Origin: a virus
Taxonomy: Duplodnaviria; Caudoviricetes
IMG/VR virus record: IMGVR_UViG_3300038314_001614
Span: 1 to 38,570 of that record
Length of the DNA: 38,570 bases
Direction: 5' to 3' (one strand)
Part shown: positions 16,652 to 24,872 of the stretch, one piece after another
How positions within the stretch are numbered: position 1 is the first letter of the stretch
How the letters are laid out: the number at the start of each line of letters is the position of its first letter
Notes under the pieces: model-generated
What the model was told of the DNA's origin: nothing
The model's input: the letters and a program-made list of their open reading frames with translations, nothing else
Databases searched by the model: none
Program-made: the position numbers and the translations under genes

Positions 16652-16975
16652 ATGGCGGCTTTCTATAAAAACGCAAAAGCGGATCTTACCTCCACCAGCG
16701 CCACAACCTTGTATACGGCCCCTACGGCCAAAACAGCTATTTTTCGTTCTATTCTCGTCGCGGACGACAGCGGAAATACCTCGACGATCACGCTTACCTT
16801 GACAGATACAAGTTCTTCCGTATTTGTTTTGTATAATGTAAAGGCAACAACAGCCAACGGAACCGTGGAACTTTTATCCCAGCCTCTTGTTGTTCAGGAG
16901 TCCGAGATATTAAAAGTAACGGCGGCTAATGCCAACCGGCTGCATGTTGTCGGCAGCTATATTGAGATTTCTTAA
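16652..16975 (+). CDS. Small beta-rich virion protein (107 aa)
   Basis: TTLYTAPT...PLVVQESEILKV pattern; last gene before an AT-rich intergenic gap. Confidence 0.65.
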   Translation: MAAFYKNAKADLTSTSATTLYTAPTAKTAIFRSILVADDSGNTSTITLTLTDTSSSVFVLYNVKATTANGTVELLSQPLVVQESEILKVTAANANRLHVVGSYIEIS

Positions 16976-16988
16976 AGGAAACCTTTTG

Positions 16989-17021
16989 TTGAATGCAAGT
17001 ATAGCATAGTATATTTAAAAT
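16989..17021 (+). promoter_or_regulatory. Putative promoter for the ejection-protein operon
   Basis: TTGAAT at 16989 followed by AT-rich ATAGTATATTTAAAAT; same TTG-N14-ATAGTATAT spacing as at 31431. Confidence 0.45.
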
Positions 17022-17125
17022 AACGCCGGATAAGACCGGCGCACCCGTGGTTCACGGCTCACGCACCACGCTTCAAGGAAAGAACAAGGATAAAGGCCCT
17101 TCTTGGGCGTTTTGGAGCTGCTGAA

Positions 17126-18703
17126 ATGCAACAAATGACACATGAAACCCTAGATACGGGTCTTGGATCTTTTCGGGATTCGTCTCCTGATTACATACTG
17201 GCCCCTGTGGGACTGGCTTCCATGCAGGATCAGGCCCAGAAACTGGCGGAATATGGCAGGAATGGCGACGTATATATAGTTCACGCGGCCCAAGGGGAGA
17301 CGGTTATTCCCTTGGAAGTTCTGAATGCCAACCCCAAGGTAAAAGGGCTTCTTTACAAGCAGATGCGGGACATGGGCCTTGACCCGAAAGAATTTGTTGT
17401 CGGGGATGAGTTAAACAGCATTAACCCGGTTACCGGGCTTCCGGAATTCTTTTTCAAGAAAATATTCAGGGCGGTTAAAAAGGTTGTCAAGAAGGTCGTC
17501 AATGTTGCCAAGAAAATTGCACCGATTGCCCTCCCCCTTATCGCCGCTACCTTTGGTTTTCCTTTTCTGGGTACTGCTTTTAAAGCGGGCACCTTTGGCG
17601 CAACTGCCTTGGCGGGCGGTTTGGGTACACTTGCCCAAGGAGGAAGTTTTAAAGACGCACTGAAATCAGGTTTGATGGCCGGGGGCATAGCCTCCTTGAC
17701 TGGTGGTTTAAAGACCCTTGGAACAGACAAAAGCTTTATGAGCGGTGTAGAAAGAAGCTTTACTGGAGCAGGAGCCCCTTCGTGGCAGACACAATGGGGA
17801 CGCCTTCAAGAGGGTGAATTAGGTGATTTTCTTTTAGCAAAACCAGAGGACCCTCTTAAAGTGGCCGGTATAAAATCTGGTCTTATAGGGCCCGTCCTAG
17901 AAAAGGCTAATGTTCCCTCGGTAGGGACGACGGACCAAGGGAGATACATATTGACTGGTGGTTTAAAAGGGGGGCAGAACCCGGCGACAGCATGGCAACA
18001 ATCCCAGCTTGACAAGTATGCAAAAAAAGCCCTAGCGACTAAGGCAAAGGACGCGCCTTGGTACAGCTCCTTATGGGGAGGCCCAAGTGTTACAGCCGAG
18101 GATGTTGCAACGACGATGGGTGGAAACGCAGAAACATTCTTAAAGCAAGTTCCGTCTAGCGCCATGACAAAATCTTTAAAATTAGTTAATCCGAATGTTG
18201 CACAGAAATGGGGACCGACGGTCGTTGGGGGTTTGGGAGTCGCCGGTGCTGTTGGTGCCTTTGGCGCACCGGACGTTAAGCAGCCGGAAGCGCGCTCTGA
18301 ATATAAAAATCCATTTAATTGGCGGAACTTAGTACAAAGGACAAATGAAAGTGACGCGGATTTTCTTGCTAGGCAAGAGGAGATGAGGTTAAGGCATGAG
18401 CTTCCGGGCGAAGCTCTGGATCCAACATTATTTGCTCAGGGCCCCTATGTCATTCCTCCTTATTCCTCCCAGCAGCGCATGTTCGGGGCCGACGGCGGCA
18501 TGGCCGCTTATCCGCGCCGCGAGCTTCTGGTCGAGGGCCCGGGAACCGAGCGTTCGGATGACATCCCCGCGATGCTTTCCGACGGGGAGTTTGTCTGGAA
18601 TGCAAAAGCCGTTCGCGGGGCAGATCCCAGCGGCAGGGGAGACCGCTATGCGGGAGCCCGTAACCTTTACGACATGATGCGTAACTTCGAGATGAAGAGC
18701 TGA
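17126..18703 (+). CDS. Internal virion/ejection (pilot-like) protein
   Basis: GGAG RBS; N-domain GRNGD...GETVIP...NPVTGLPEF, cationic amphipathic helix, Gly/Ala-rich TM-like zippers, C-terminal GPGTERSDDIPAMLSDGEFV domain. Confidence 0.7.
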   Translation: MQQMTHETLDTGLGSFRDSSPDYILAPVGLASMQDQAQKLAEYGRNGDVYIVHAAQGETVIPLEVLNANPKVKGLLYKQMRDMGLDPKEFVVGDELNSINPVTGLPEFFFKKIFRAVKKVVKKVVNVAKKIAPIALPLIAATFGFPFLGTAFKAGTFGATALAGGLGTLAQGGSFKDALKSGLMAGGIASLTGGLKTLGTDKSFMSGVERSFTGAGAPSWQTQWGRLQEGELGDFLLAKPEDPLKVAGIKSGLIGPVLEKANVPSVGTTDQGRYILTGGLKGGQNPATAWQQSQLDKYAKKALATKAKDAPWYSSLWGGPSVTAEDVATTMGGNAETFLKQVPSSAMTKSLKLVNPNVAQKWGPTVVGGLGVAGAVGAFGAPDVKQPEARSEYKNPFNWRNLVQRTNESDADFLARQEEMRLRHELPGEALDPTLFAQGPYVIPPYSSQQRMFGADGGMAAYPRRELLVEGPGTERSDDIPAMLSDGEFVWNAKAVRGADPSGRGDRYAGARNLYDMMRNFEMKS

Positions 18704-18706
18704 CCT

Positions 18707-19582
18707 ATGGCCGAGCCGTATTACCCTTTTAATCCGGACGAATTTTTATGGTCTACGCCGGATGACGATGAATCGGGAACCGTAGATCCTGTCTTTAATC
18801 CCTATAATATTGGCTACGTGGGGCAGAGCCATGTAGATCCGACAAGGCCTCACGAGAATCTTGAATGGCGGCAAGAAGGAGGACAATGGAAACTAAGTCT
18901 TCCTGAAGAATACCGCCGCTACCCGAAACGCCAGAATCCGATAGGGGATATAGATCTCCCGCCGGGGTATACAATTGAGCTGGAATATGAATATGACGAT
19001 GATGGTCAAGAGAGTGGTGCCAACTGGGTTCCCAAATTTACAGGAGAGGGTTCTGAAATAATCCCCACTTATCAGGATCCGACTACACCGGGTGACGGTG
19101 GTGGTGGCGACGATGGCGACGACGGTGACGATGACGGTGACGATGACTTTGACTGGGTGATTGCTCCTCCAACTCCGCCCGTTACTCCGCCCGTTACTCC
19201 GCCCGTTACTCCGCCCGTTACTCCGCCCGTTACCCCTTCTCTTCCTCCTTGGGCCGGATCAGCGGGGTATGAGTCACAATTTAATGTGCCCTCTCAAAAT
19301 GTTGTAGGGCCCTCTCTTTCCGGCAACGCGCTCCCTTGGGCCCAGTCCGCTGGGTATGAGCCCGGGCCTCAAGTGCCCGCTCAAAACGTTATTATGCCTG
19401 ATAAACATGGAGGAATAGAGGCCCAAGTGGGGCCATGGCCCCCCGCGACGGGGATGCCTAAACATGCAGCTAGAGATGATGAAGGTACAAGGTTTTTCAT
19501 GGCAAATGGGGGATTAGCCACTTTACCGACTATGAGACGGGCCGCGCCTTGGAAATGGCGCTCCGGGTATTCCAGGAGATAA
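18707..19582 (+). CDS. Acidic, Pro-rich, largely disordered protein with C-terminal MANGGLATL motif
   Basis: 291 aa; D/G tract, (TPPV)5, duplicated LPxWAxSAGYE..VPxQNV, basic C-terminal tail. Confidence 0.7.
   Translation: MAEPYYPFNPDEFLWSTPDDDESGTVDPVFNPYNIGYVGQSHVDPTRPHENLEWRQEGGQWKLSLPEEYRRYPKRQNPIGDIDLPPGYTIELEYEYDDDGQESGANWVPKFTGEGSEIIPTYQDPTTPGDGGGGDDGDDGDDDGDDDFDWVIAPPTPPVTPPVTPPVTPPVTPPVTPSLPPWAGSAGYESQFNVPSQNVVGPSLSGNALPWAQSAGYEPGPQVPAQNVIMPDKHGGIEAQVGPWPPATGMPKHAARDDEGTRFFMANGGLATLPTMRRAAPWKWRSGYSRR
19172..19231 (+). repeat. Perfect 12-bp tandem repeat (ACTCCGCCCGTT)x5
   Basis: Read directly; in frame, encodes (TPPV)5. Confidence 0.95.
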
Positions 19583-19586
19583 TAAT

Positions 19587-21083
19587 ATGGTTGACAGAAC
19601 CGTCACTGAACAAATTGTACGAGAAGCCCCTGAAATAGAGGCCGCAAAACTCGGGCTTTTGACATCTGCCAAAACATTGGCAGATCAGCCCATAGACCTG
19701 CCAGATTACCAAGTCCCCGATTTTTCAAATTTACAGAAGTCGGCTTTTGGATTAGCGGGAGCGGCTGCAGAAGGCTGGGGCGGAAGGCAGCCTGATTGGG
19801 GGTACGTGCAGCCTATGGCTCAAGGACAGGGGATGATTCGTCCATGGCCGCAACCCCAACCACAAGGCATTGGAGGTTACCAACCCCTTCTTAGAGAAGG
19901 CACACAAAGTTTCCGCAGAGGGCTGGGCTCTCTGGGTCAGGCAAACTGGGCTGCAGCCGGAACCGGCGGCCAGTTCGGACAACCCCGCTTCCCTTTTTAT
20001 GGGGATCCCCGTGGCGATTACTTACAGGGCCCTCAAGGACAGGGGCAATCGCTCCGCCGTCCCGGCCCAAGACCCCCATGGCCTCCCGGCCCCCCGCAGC
20101 CCCCTACTTTTACCCACGCTTTGGGCGGCCAGCAGCAGTATCAGGGCAGCCCTCCCATTGGGGGAATGGGTTTTACCCCTGACTATGCTTCTGGCATAGG
20201 TGGACAAGGCCAATTTACCCCTTCAGGAGTAGGGTCTTTTTTCAATCCCTACGAAGAAGCCGTGGTCCAGCAGACCATGGCGGATATCGGCAGGCAAGGC
20301 GATATCGAACGGACACGTTTAGGGGCCCAAGCTGTCGGAGCCGGGGCTTTTGGCGGTTCCCGTCAGGCTATCGCGGAACAGGAATTGAACCGAAACGTTC
20401 TCGAACAGCAGGCTCGCGCCGCAGGCGGCCTCCGGCAACAGGGCTACCAGCAGGCCGCACAAGCCGCCCAGCAAGCCTTTGAAGAGGCCCAGCGCAGGCA
20501 GCAAACAGGCACAGGGCAACAGGCCCAGATGAGACAGCAGGGATTTGAAGATTGGCAAAGAAGGCAGCAGGCCGGAACTGCTCAGGAAAGGCAGCTTGGG
20601 CAGCAGGCTTTCGAAGATGCCCAGCGCAGACGGTTACAGGCTTCAACAACAGGTCTCACAACGGCGCAGCAAGCTTTCGAAGATGCCCAGCGCCGAAGAC
20701 AGCAGCAATCCCAGCTTTACAGCGGCATAGGACAGGCACAGGCCGGTATCGGAGCGCAGCAGCTCGCGGGTTCACAATTTGCCCAGCAAGCCGGTTTACG
20801 CGACATTAACCTGCTTTCCACTCTTGGCGGACAGCAGCAGCGACAGGCCCAAGCTCTGGCCGAAGCCCACCGCCGCACCCAGCAGGAACAGCTTTACGAG
20901 CCTTATTCCCGTGTATCTTTCCTTTCGGATATTTACAAGGGGGCTCCTTCCAGCCAGACCGTTCTTGGTTCCCAATTATCGCCTTCGGCTCCCGCCCCCA
21001 GCGCGTTCCAGCAGGTTGCTGGTCTTGGAACCGGGTTGCTGGGAACAGCGGTAGCGGGAAAACAGATAAGTAACCTTTTTTAA
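19587..21083 (+). CDS. Gln-rich internal virion/DNA transfer protein
   Basis: AGGAG RBS; FFNPYEEAVV...AGAFGGSRQ motif, 22-aa QQAFEDAQRR repeats, C-terminal Gly-zipper. Confidence 0.7.
   Translation: MVDRTVTEQIVREAPEIEAAKLGLLTSAKTLADQPIDLPDYQVPDFSNLQKSAFGLAGAAAEGWGGRQPDWGYVQPMAQGQGMIRPWPQPQPQGIGGYQPLLREGTQSFRRGLGSLGQANWAAAGTGGQFGQPRFPFYGDPRGDYLQGPQGQGQSLRRPGPRPPWPPGPPQPPTFTHALGGQQQYQGSPPIGGMGFTPDYASGIGGQGQFTPSGVGSFFNPYEEAVVQQTMADIGRQGDIERTRLGAQAVGAGAFGGSRQAIAEQELNRNVLEQQARAAGGLRQQGYQQAAQAAQQAFEEAQRRQQTGTGQQAQMRQQGFEDWQRRQQAGTAQERQLGQQAFEDAQRRRLQASTTGLTTAQQAFEDAQRRRQQQSQLYSGIGQAQAGIGAQQLAGSQFAQQAGLRDINLLSTLGGQQQRQAQALAEAHRRTQQEQLYEPYSRVSFLSDIYKGAPSSQTVLGSQLSPSAPAPSAFQQVAGLGTGLLGTAVAGKQISNLF
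20466..20705 (+). repeat. 22-aa-period helical repeat xQQ[AG]FE[DE][AW]QRR, 4 copies
   Basis: Units start at 20466, 20532, 20598 and 20664. Confidence 0.8.
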
Positions 21084-21098
21084 GAGGAGGATTTTATA

Positions 21099-21770
21099 AT
21101 GCCCGGTAGTGTTTATGACAGGCGCATGTTTCAAATGGCAAACGGCGGGATGCTCCCTCCTCCCGTTCCCCCGCAAGGCGGAGGAATGCCCCCGGGTATG
21201 ATGCCCCCTCAAGGTGGTGGAATGCCTCCCGAGGAGCTGCCCCCCGAACTTATTCAGATGGCGGATCAGGAAATGGATGCCGCGACCGGCGAAGCCTTGG
21301 CCTCGGAAGTCGGGCAGGCCGTATCGGATGAAGCCGCCCAAAGCATACAGGATATGGACATGGCGGGCGATTACGGAGACATAATGAACGCCGTCTGGGA
21401 CGGTGACGCCAACATAGAAGAATACAGGGCCCGTCTGGCCGCTGTTGTCGGACCTGACGATGCAGCCCGAACCCCTGATTCGGTGCTTGCCCTTGTGCAG
21501 CCAACGTTGCAGATTGCAGAAATTGATCAGGGTATCGGAGCCCTGATGCAGGAAGAATTGTCAGAAGTAGGCGGTGCGGGAGGCGGTATTACGGAACTGG
21601 CTGCCAAGAGCGCCGTCGCTGACGGCATGGCCGCTGAAACAGGGGCCTTGGTGAACGCTGTCGGAAACATGGCCCAAGGTGCAGGGCCCATGGGAGGGGA
21701 ACAGATGGCTATGGAAGAAATAGTAGCCGCGATGCAGGGCGCAGGGCCCATGGATCAAGGGTTAGTGTAG
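21099..21770 (+). CDS. Acidic Met/Pro/Gly-rich internal virion protein
   Basis: GAGGAGG RBS; N-terminal RMFQMANGG, PPQGGGMPP twice, core DAARTPDSVLALVQP. Confidence 0.7.
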   Translation: MPGSVYDRRMFQMANGGMLPPPVPPQGGGMPPGMMPPQGGGMPPEELPPELIQMADQEMDAATGEALASEVGQAVSDEAAQSIQDMDMAGDYGDIMNAVWDGDANIEEYRARLAAVVGPDDAARTPDSVLALVQPTLQIAEIDQGIGALMQEELSEVGGAGGGITELAAKSAVADGMAAETGALVNAVGNMAQGAGPMGGEQMAMEEIVAAMQGAGPMDQGLV

Positions 21771-21779
21771 GAGTGTTTT

Positions 21780-24700
21780 ATGGTTGAAATTCCATTTGAT
21801 CCTTTTGCCAGAGACCGCGAAATAGAGAAAGCTCTGGACCGGCAAGGTGTTTTTAAGCCAACCCCTCTAACTCCCGCAGAGATATTGAAACAACGGAAGC
21901 TTCTTTCTGGGCTGCCGGGGCTTGAACCTGCTGATTACGCAGGACAGCTTAAAGAGTCTGAAGATTTAGCAAAGCTTCAACTGGGTTTAGCTTTGGCACA
22001 AAGAGGGTTTGCCGCCATGGGCGCACAGCCCCAGCGCGGCGAATCTCCAATAGGCACACTGGGAAGGACCCTTGCGGCACCTTTGGCGGGCGACTTGTCA
22101 ACAGTTGCCGGTCGCATTATGGAAAAACGACAGGCCGCAAAACTTGCTGAAAGAGCAGACAAAGCTCGTTTATCTCAAGCTGCATTGACCATGCAACAGC
22201 AAATTTCCGCCAAAGAAGACGCGGCGCGGGATAAACGGTTTACTTTTGCTAGATCCTTAAGAGAAAGAAACTACACCCCAACAAAGGATCTCCAGCGCAA
22301 AGTAGGAGGCAAATGGGTGGACTTTGTAGGTTTTAACTACACTGACAAATTAACAAATCTTCCTGCAATTGCAGGCGTTGACAAAAAGGGTGAACTGAAC
22401 AAAATTCCTTTTGAGGATTTGCGGTACTACCGCAAGCCCGCAGCCGCAACCAAGGCCACCGGGGCAGAGCTTGTAGACCGCGTAACAGAGTTTCCGGTTC
22501 GTAACCCAGACGGATCTATAAAAGAGTGGAGATCGGTCAATTTACAACAAGTCAGACAGATCATACCTTCCCCAGGAGGACCCACGTTAGAGTTTGGTGC
22601 CGAGCTTTACCCGCTTGGGTCACAAAGACCCATGAAGATAAAAGCGCCCGACGGTAAAGGTGGCTTTACTCTTCGGGATCCCATAGAAGGTGTTGATTTT
22701 GTAGGCACGGACAAAAAGAACTACGACGCTCCTAAAGAAACAAAGTATTACATTAGGAAAGGCCTTAACAACACGGACTTTGCCGCTGCCAGAAACCTTC
22801 TGGGCAGCAAGGATTTAAAACGGGGCGAGGGTATCGCAAGGTGGAACTTTAGACACAAGGTAAATCCGGAACTGTCCAAAACTTGGTATGATGTCAAAGG
22901 AAATCGGGCGGACCTTACTCCCGACCAAGCCAACAAGTACCTTACAACAGAGAAACCTAAGATTGAGGAGCCCTTTCCAGCAGGGGGCAAGCCTTTTGGG
23001 ACAACCATAAAAGAACTCACGGTAACCGACAAGGCCACCAACCAACCAAAAACTATCCAAGCTGTTCTGATGCAGACGGCTCCGGGAAAGTTCCGGTGGA
23101 AAGAAACCGGAGCCGATGGAAAGTTTGTGGATGAAAAATATCAGAAACAATTGTGGGGCACTATTAAAGAAGAAAAATTCTGGCGATTTTTCCGGCCTGT
23201 TTTGGATGCTGCTTTTAAAAACGCAATAGGATTGAGAACAGAGCTTGAACCAGAGGTTTTGGAAAAGCTTAAAAAGCAGGTCTTAACGACAGCCGATTTA
23301 AAAAGACTTGCTCCCCTAGAAGAAGCAGCACGAACCACGGCTGTTAATGACATAATAAATGGCCGTGTTCTAAAGATTACGGGACAACAACCTGAAACAG
23401 TAGTTAGTGTTCCAGGGGATGTTATTGAGCTAGACCCCCGCGTCAAAGCCTTGGTGACAGTACCGCAAGAAGGTACTATCGCTACCACTCGTCCTGTTGT
23501 TAACCCACGCATATTCCAGCCATGGACAAAAGGTGGAGAGAACATACAGCTAGGCACGGGAAGCCATGGCGGTTTTTCGCAAAAAGTAACGGCTTCCGAT
23601 GTTTTAACTGCTAGAAAAAACTGGCCCGCAATAAAGCAGTCTTTTGAAAGGGCCTTTCAGGGTGCCCGACAGATAGGAGATCAGGAGGAACGCATTCTTT
23701 TGTTTAGCGGATTGTGGAAAAATTTGCCGGGGGTAGCAAAAGGGCAGCGGGCAAGAACTTTGAGCGACAGCAGATTCAGAGCTAATTTTGACAAAGCTAC
23801 TGGTTTATACAACGCAGCGGCTAAGGAGTATAAACGCGCCGCTGAAATAAACATAGGCAAGGGAGCACAAGCCAAGAACCTGCAAACTTCCCTTGATGAC
23901 CTGATGGACGCCATTCGTGATAATGTAATCATGCTCCGGTTCAAGGACCAAGGCGGTGCGTGGTTCTCGGATGGTGGATGGCTGGCAGAATTTCGTGGCT
24001 CAGGACTTGGTGAACTTTGGGAAGCGTGGTCAGGAAATGATAAAACAGCAAGTAAAACAGCCTACGCAGCGATGCCTACTAGCAAATGGGCTGATATAGC
24101 TAAACCGGACAACCAGTTAAATGCGGCGGATCTGGCATTAAAAAAGAAAGCCTTCGCTTACCTGGCTGAAAAAGCAAAAACCGAAAAAGATATGGATATT
24201 GGTCTAACGGAATTTGAAAGAGCCGCCGAATACCTTGGTGCTGTTGCAAGGTACAGAATCAGGGCGTTCGACATGATTAAAGACTCGCGACCTTCGGACA
24301 AAGACATAGAAATACTGCTTGGTGCCTTTGTGGGTAAAAGAGATTCCAATTCCGTGGTGTTCGCAAAGCTTCACGAATTACAAAACCGCCATGTTAAAGG
24401 TCTCAGCCGCCGGTTGAACCAAGGCACAGCTATGAAAGCTGTGTATGACCCGGTATTTTTAGCGGACCTTGACCACACATCCCGTGCTCTTCAACGGACA
24501 GCTATTCGAGACCTAGACCCAAGACCTGGAGGAAGAGCCGCTGAATCTTCAGCACTGTTCCGGAGAAGTTCTGAAATCATCCGACGAGCAGCAGAGGACG
24601 CTTCAGGAAGAATTATACCGGGATACCGTGGGGGAGCCCTTTCTCCACTGTCGGGCAATGTTGACGAGGAGGCCACGGCAAATCTCTACCGTCGAGTAGT

Positions 24701-24866
24701 GTCAGCCGCTAAAGAAGCGTATCCTGGCAAATCCGATGCGGAGGCGGTATCAGAGTTTGTTCGGGAAGGCCTGCATCTGACAAGATTTCTTGGTGTATAT
24801 GGCACAAACAGACAGACAACTCCTCCTGTTGTTGAGGAACAGGACGGCAGCTTCACTATTAGGTAA
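21780..24866 (+). CDS. Large internal virion/ejection protein (1028 aa)
   Basis: AGGAG RBS; helical N-terminus; no catalytic motif recognised; call is positional. Confidence 0.6.
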   Translation: MVEIPFDPFARDREIEKALDRQGVFKPTPLTPAEILKQRKLLSGLPGLEPADYAGQLKESEDLAKLQLGLALAQRGFAAMGAQPQRGESPIGTLGRTLAAPLAGDLSTVAGRIMEKRQAAKLAERADKARLSQAALTMQQQISAKEDAARDKRFTFARSLRERNYTPTKDLQRKVGGKWVDFVGFNYTDKLTNLPAIAGVDKKGELNKIPFEDLRYYRKPAAATKATGAELVDRVTEFPVRNPDGSIKEWRSVNLQQVRQIIPSPGGPTLEFGAELYPLGSQRPMKIKAPDGKGGFTLRDPIEGVDFVGTDKKNYDAPKETKYYIRKGLNNTDFAAARNLLGSKDLKRGEGIARWNFRHKVNPELSKTWYDVKGNRADLTPDQANKYLTTEKPKIEEPFPAGGKPFGTTIKELTVTDKATNQPKTIQAVLMQTAPGKFRWKETGADGKFVDEKYQKQLWGTIKEEKFWRFFRPVLDAAFKNAIGLRTELEPEVLEKLKKQVLTTADLKRLAPLEEAARTTAVNDIINGRVLKITGQQPETVVSVPGDVIELDPRVKALVTVPQEGTIATTRPVVNPRIFQPWTKGGENIQLGTGSHGGFSQKVTASDVLTARKNWPAIKQSFERAFQGARQIGDQEERILLFSGLWKNLPGVAKGQRARTLSDSRFRANFDKATGLYNAAAKEYKRAAEINIGKGAQAKNLQTSLDDLMDAIRDNVIMLRFKDQGGAWFSDGGWLAEFRGSGLGELWEAWSGNDKTASKTAYAAMPTSKWADIAKPDNQLNAADLALKKKAFAYLAEKAKTEKDMDIGLTEFERAAEYLGAVARYRIRAFDMIKDSRPSDKDIEILLGAFVGKRDSNSVVFAKLHELQNRHVKGLSRRLNQGTAMKAVYDPVFLADLDHTSRALQRTAIRDLDPRPGGRAAESSALFRRSSEIIRRAAEDASGRIIPGYRGGALSPLSGNVDEEATANLYRRVVSAAKEAYPGKSDAEAVSEFVREGLHLTRFLGVYGTNRQTTPPVVEEQDGSFTIR

Positions 24867-24872
24867 AATCAA

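Noticed and set aside
17024-17075. tRNA-like element in the intergenic region
   Set aside because: No T-loop GTTCRA in a cloverleaf and no acceptor stem; only short hairpins.
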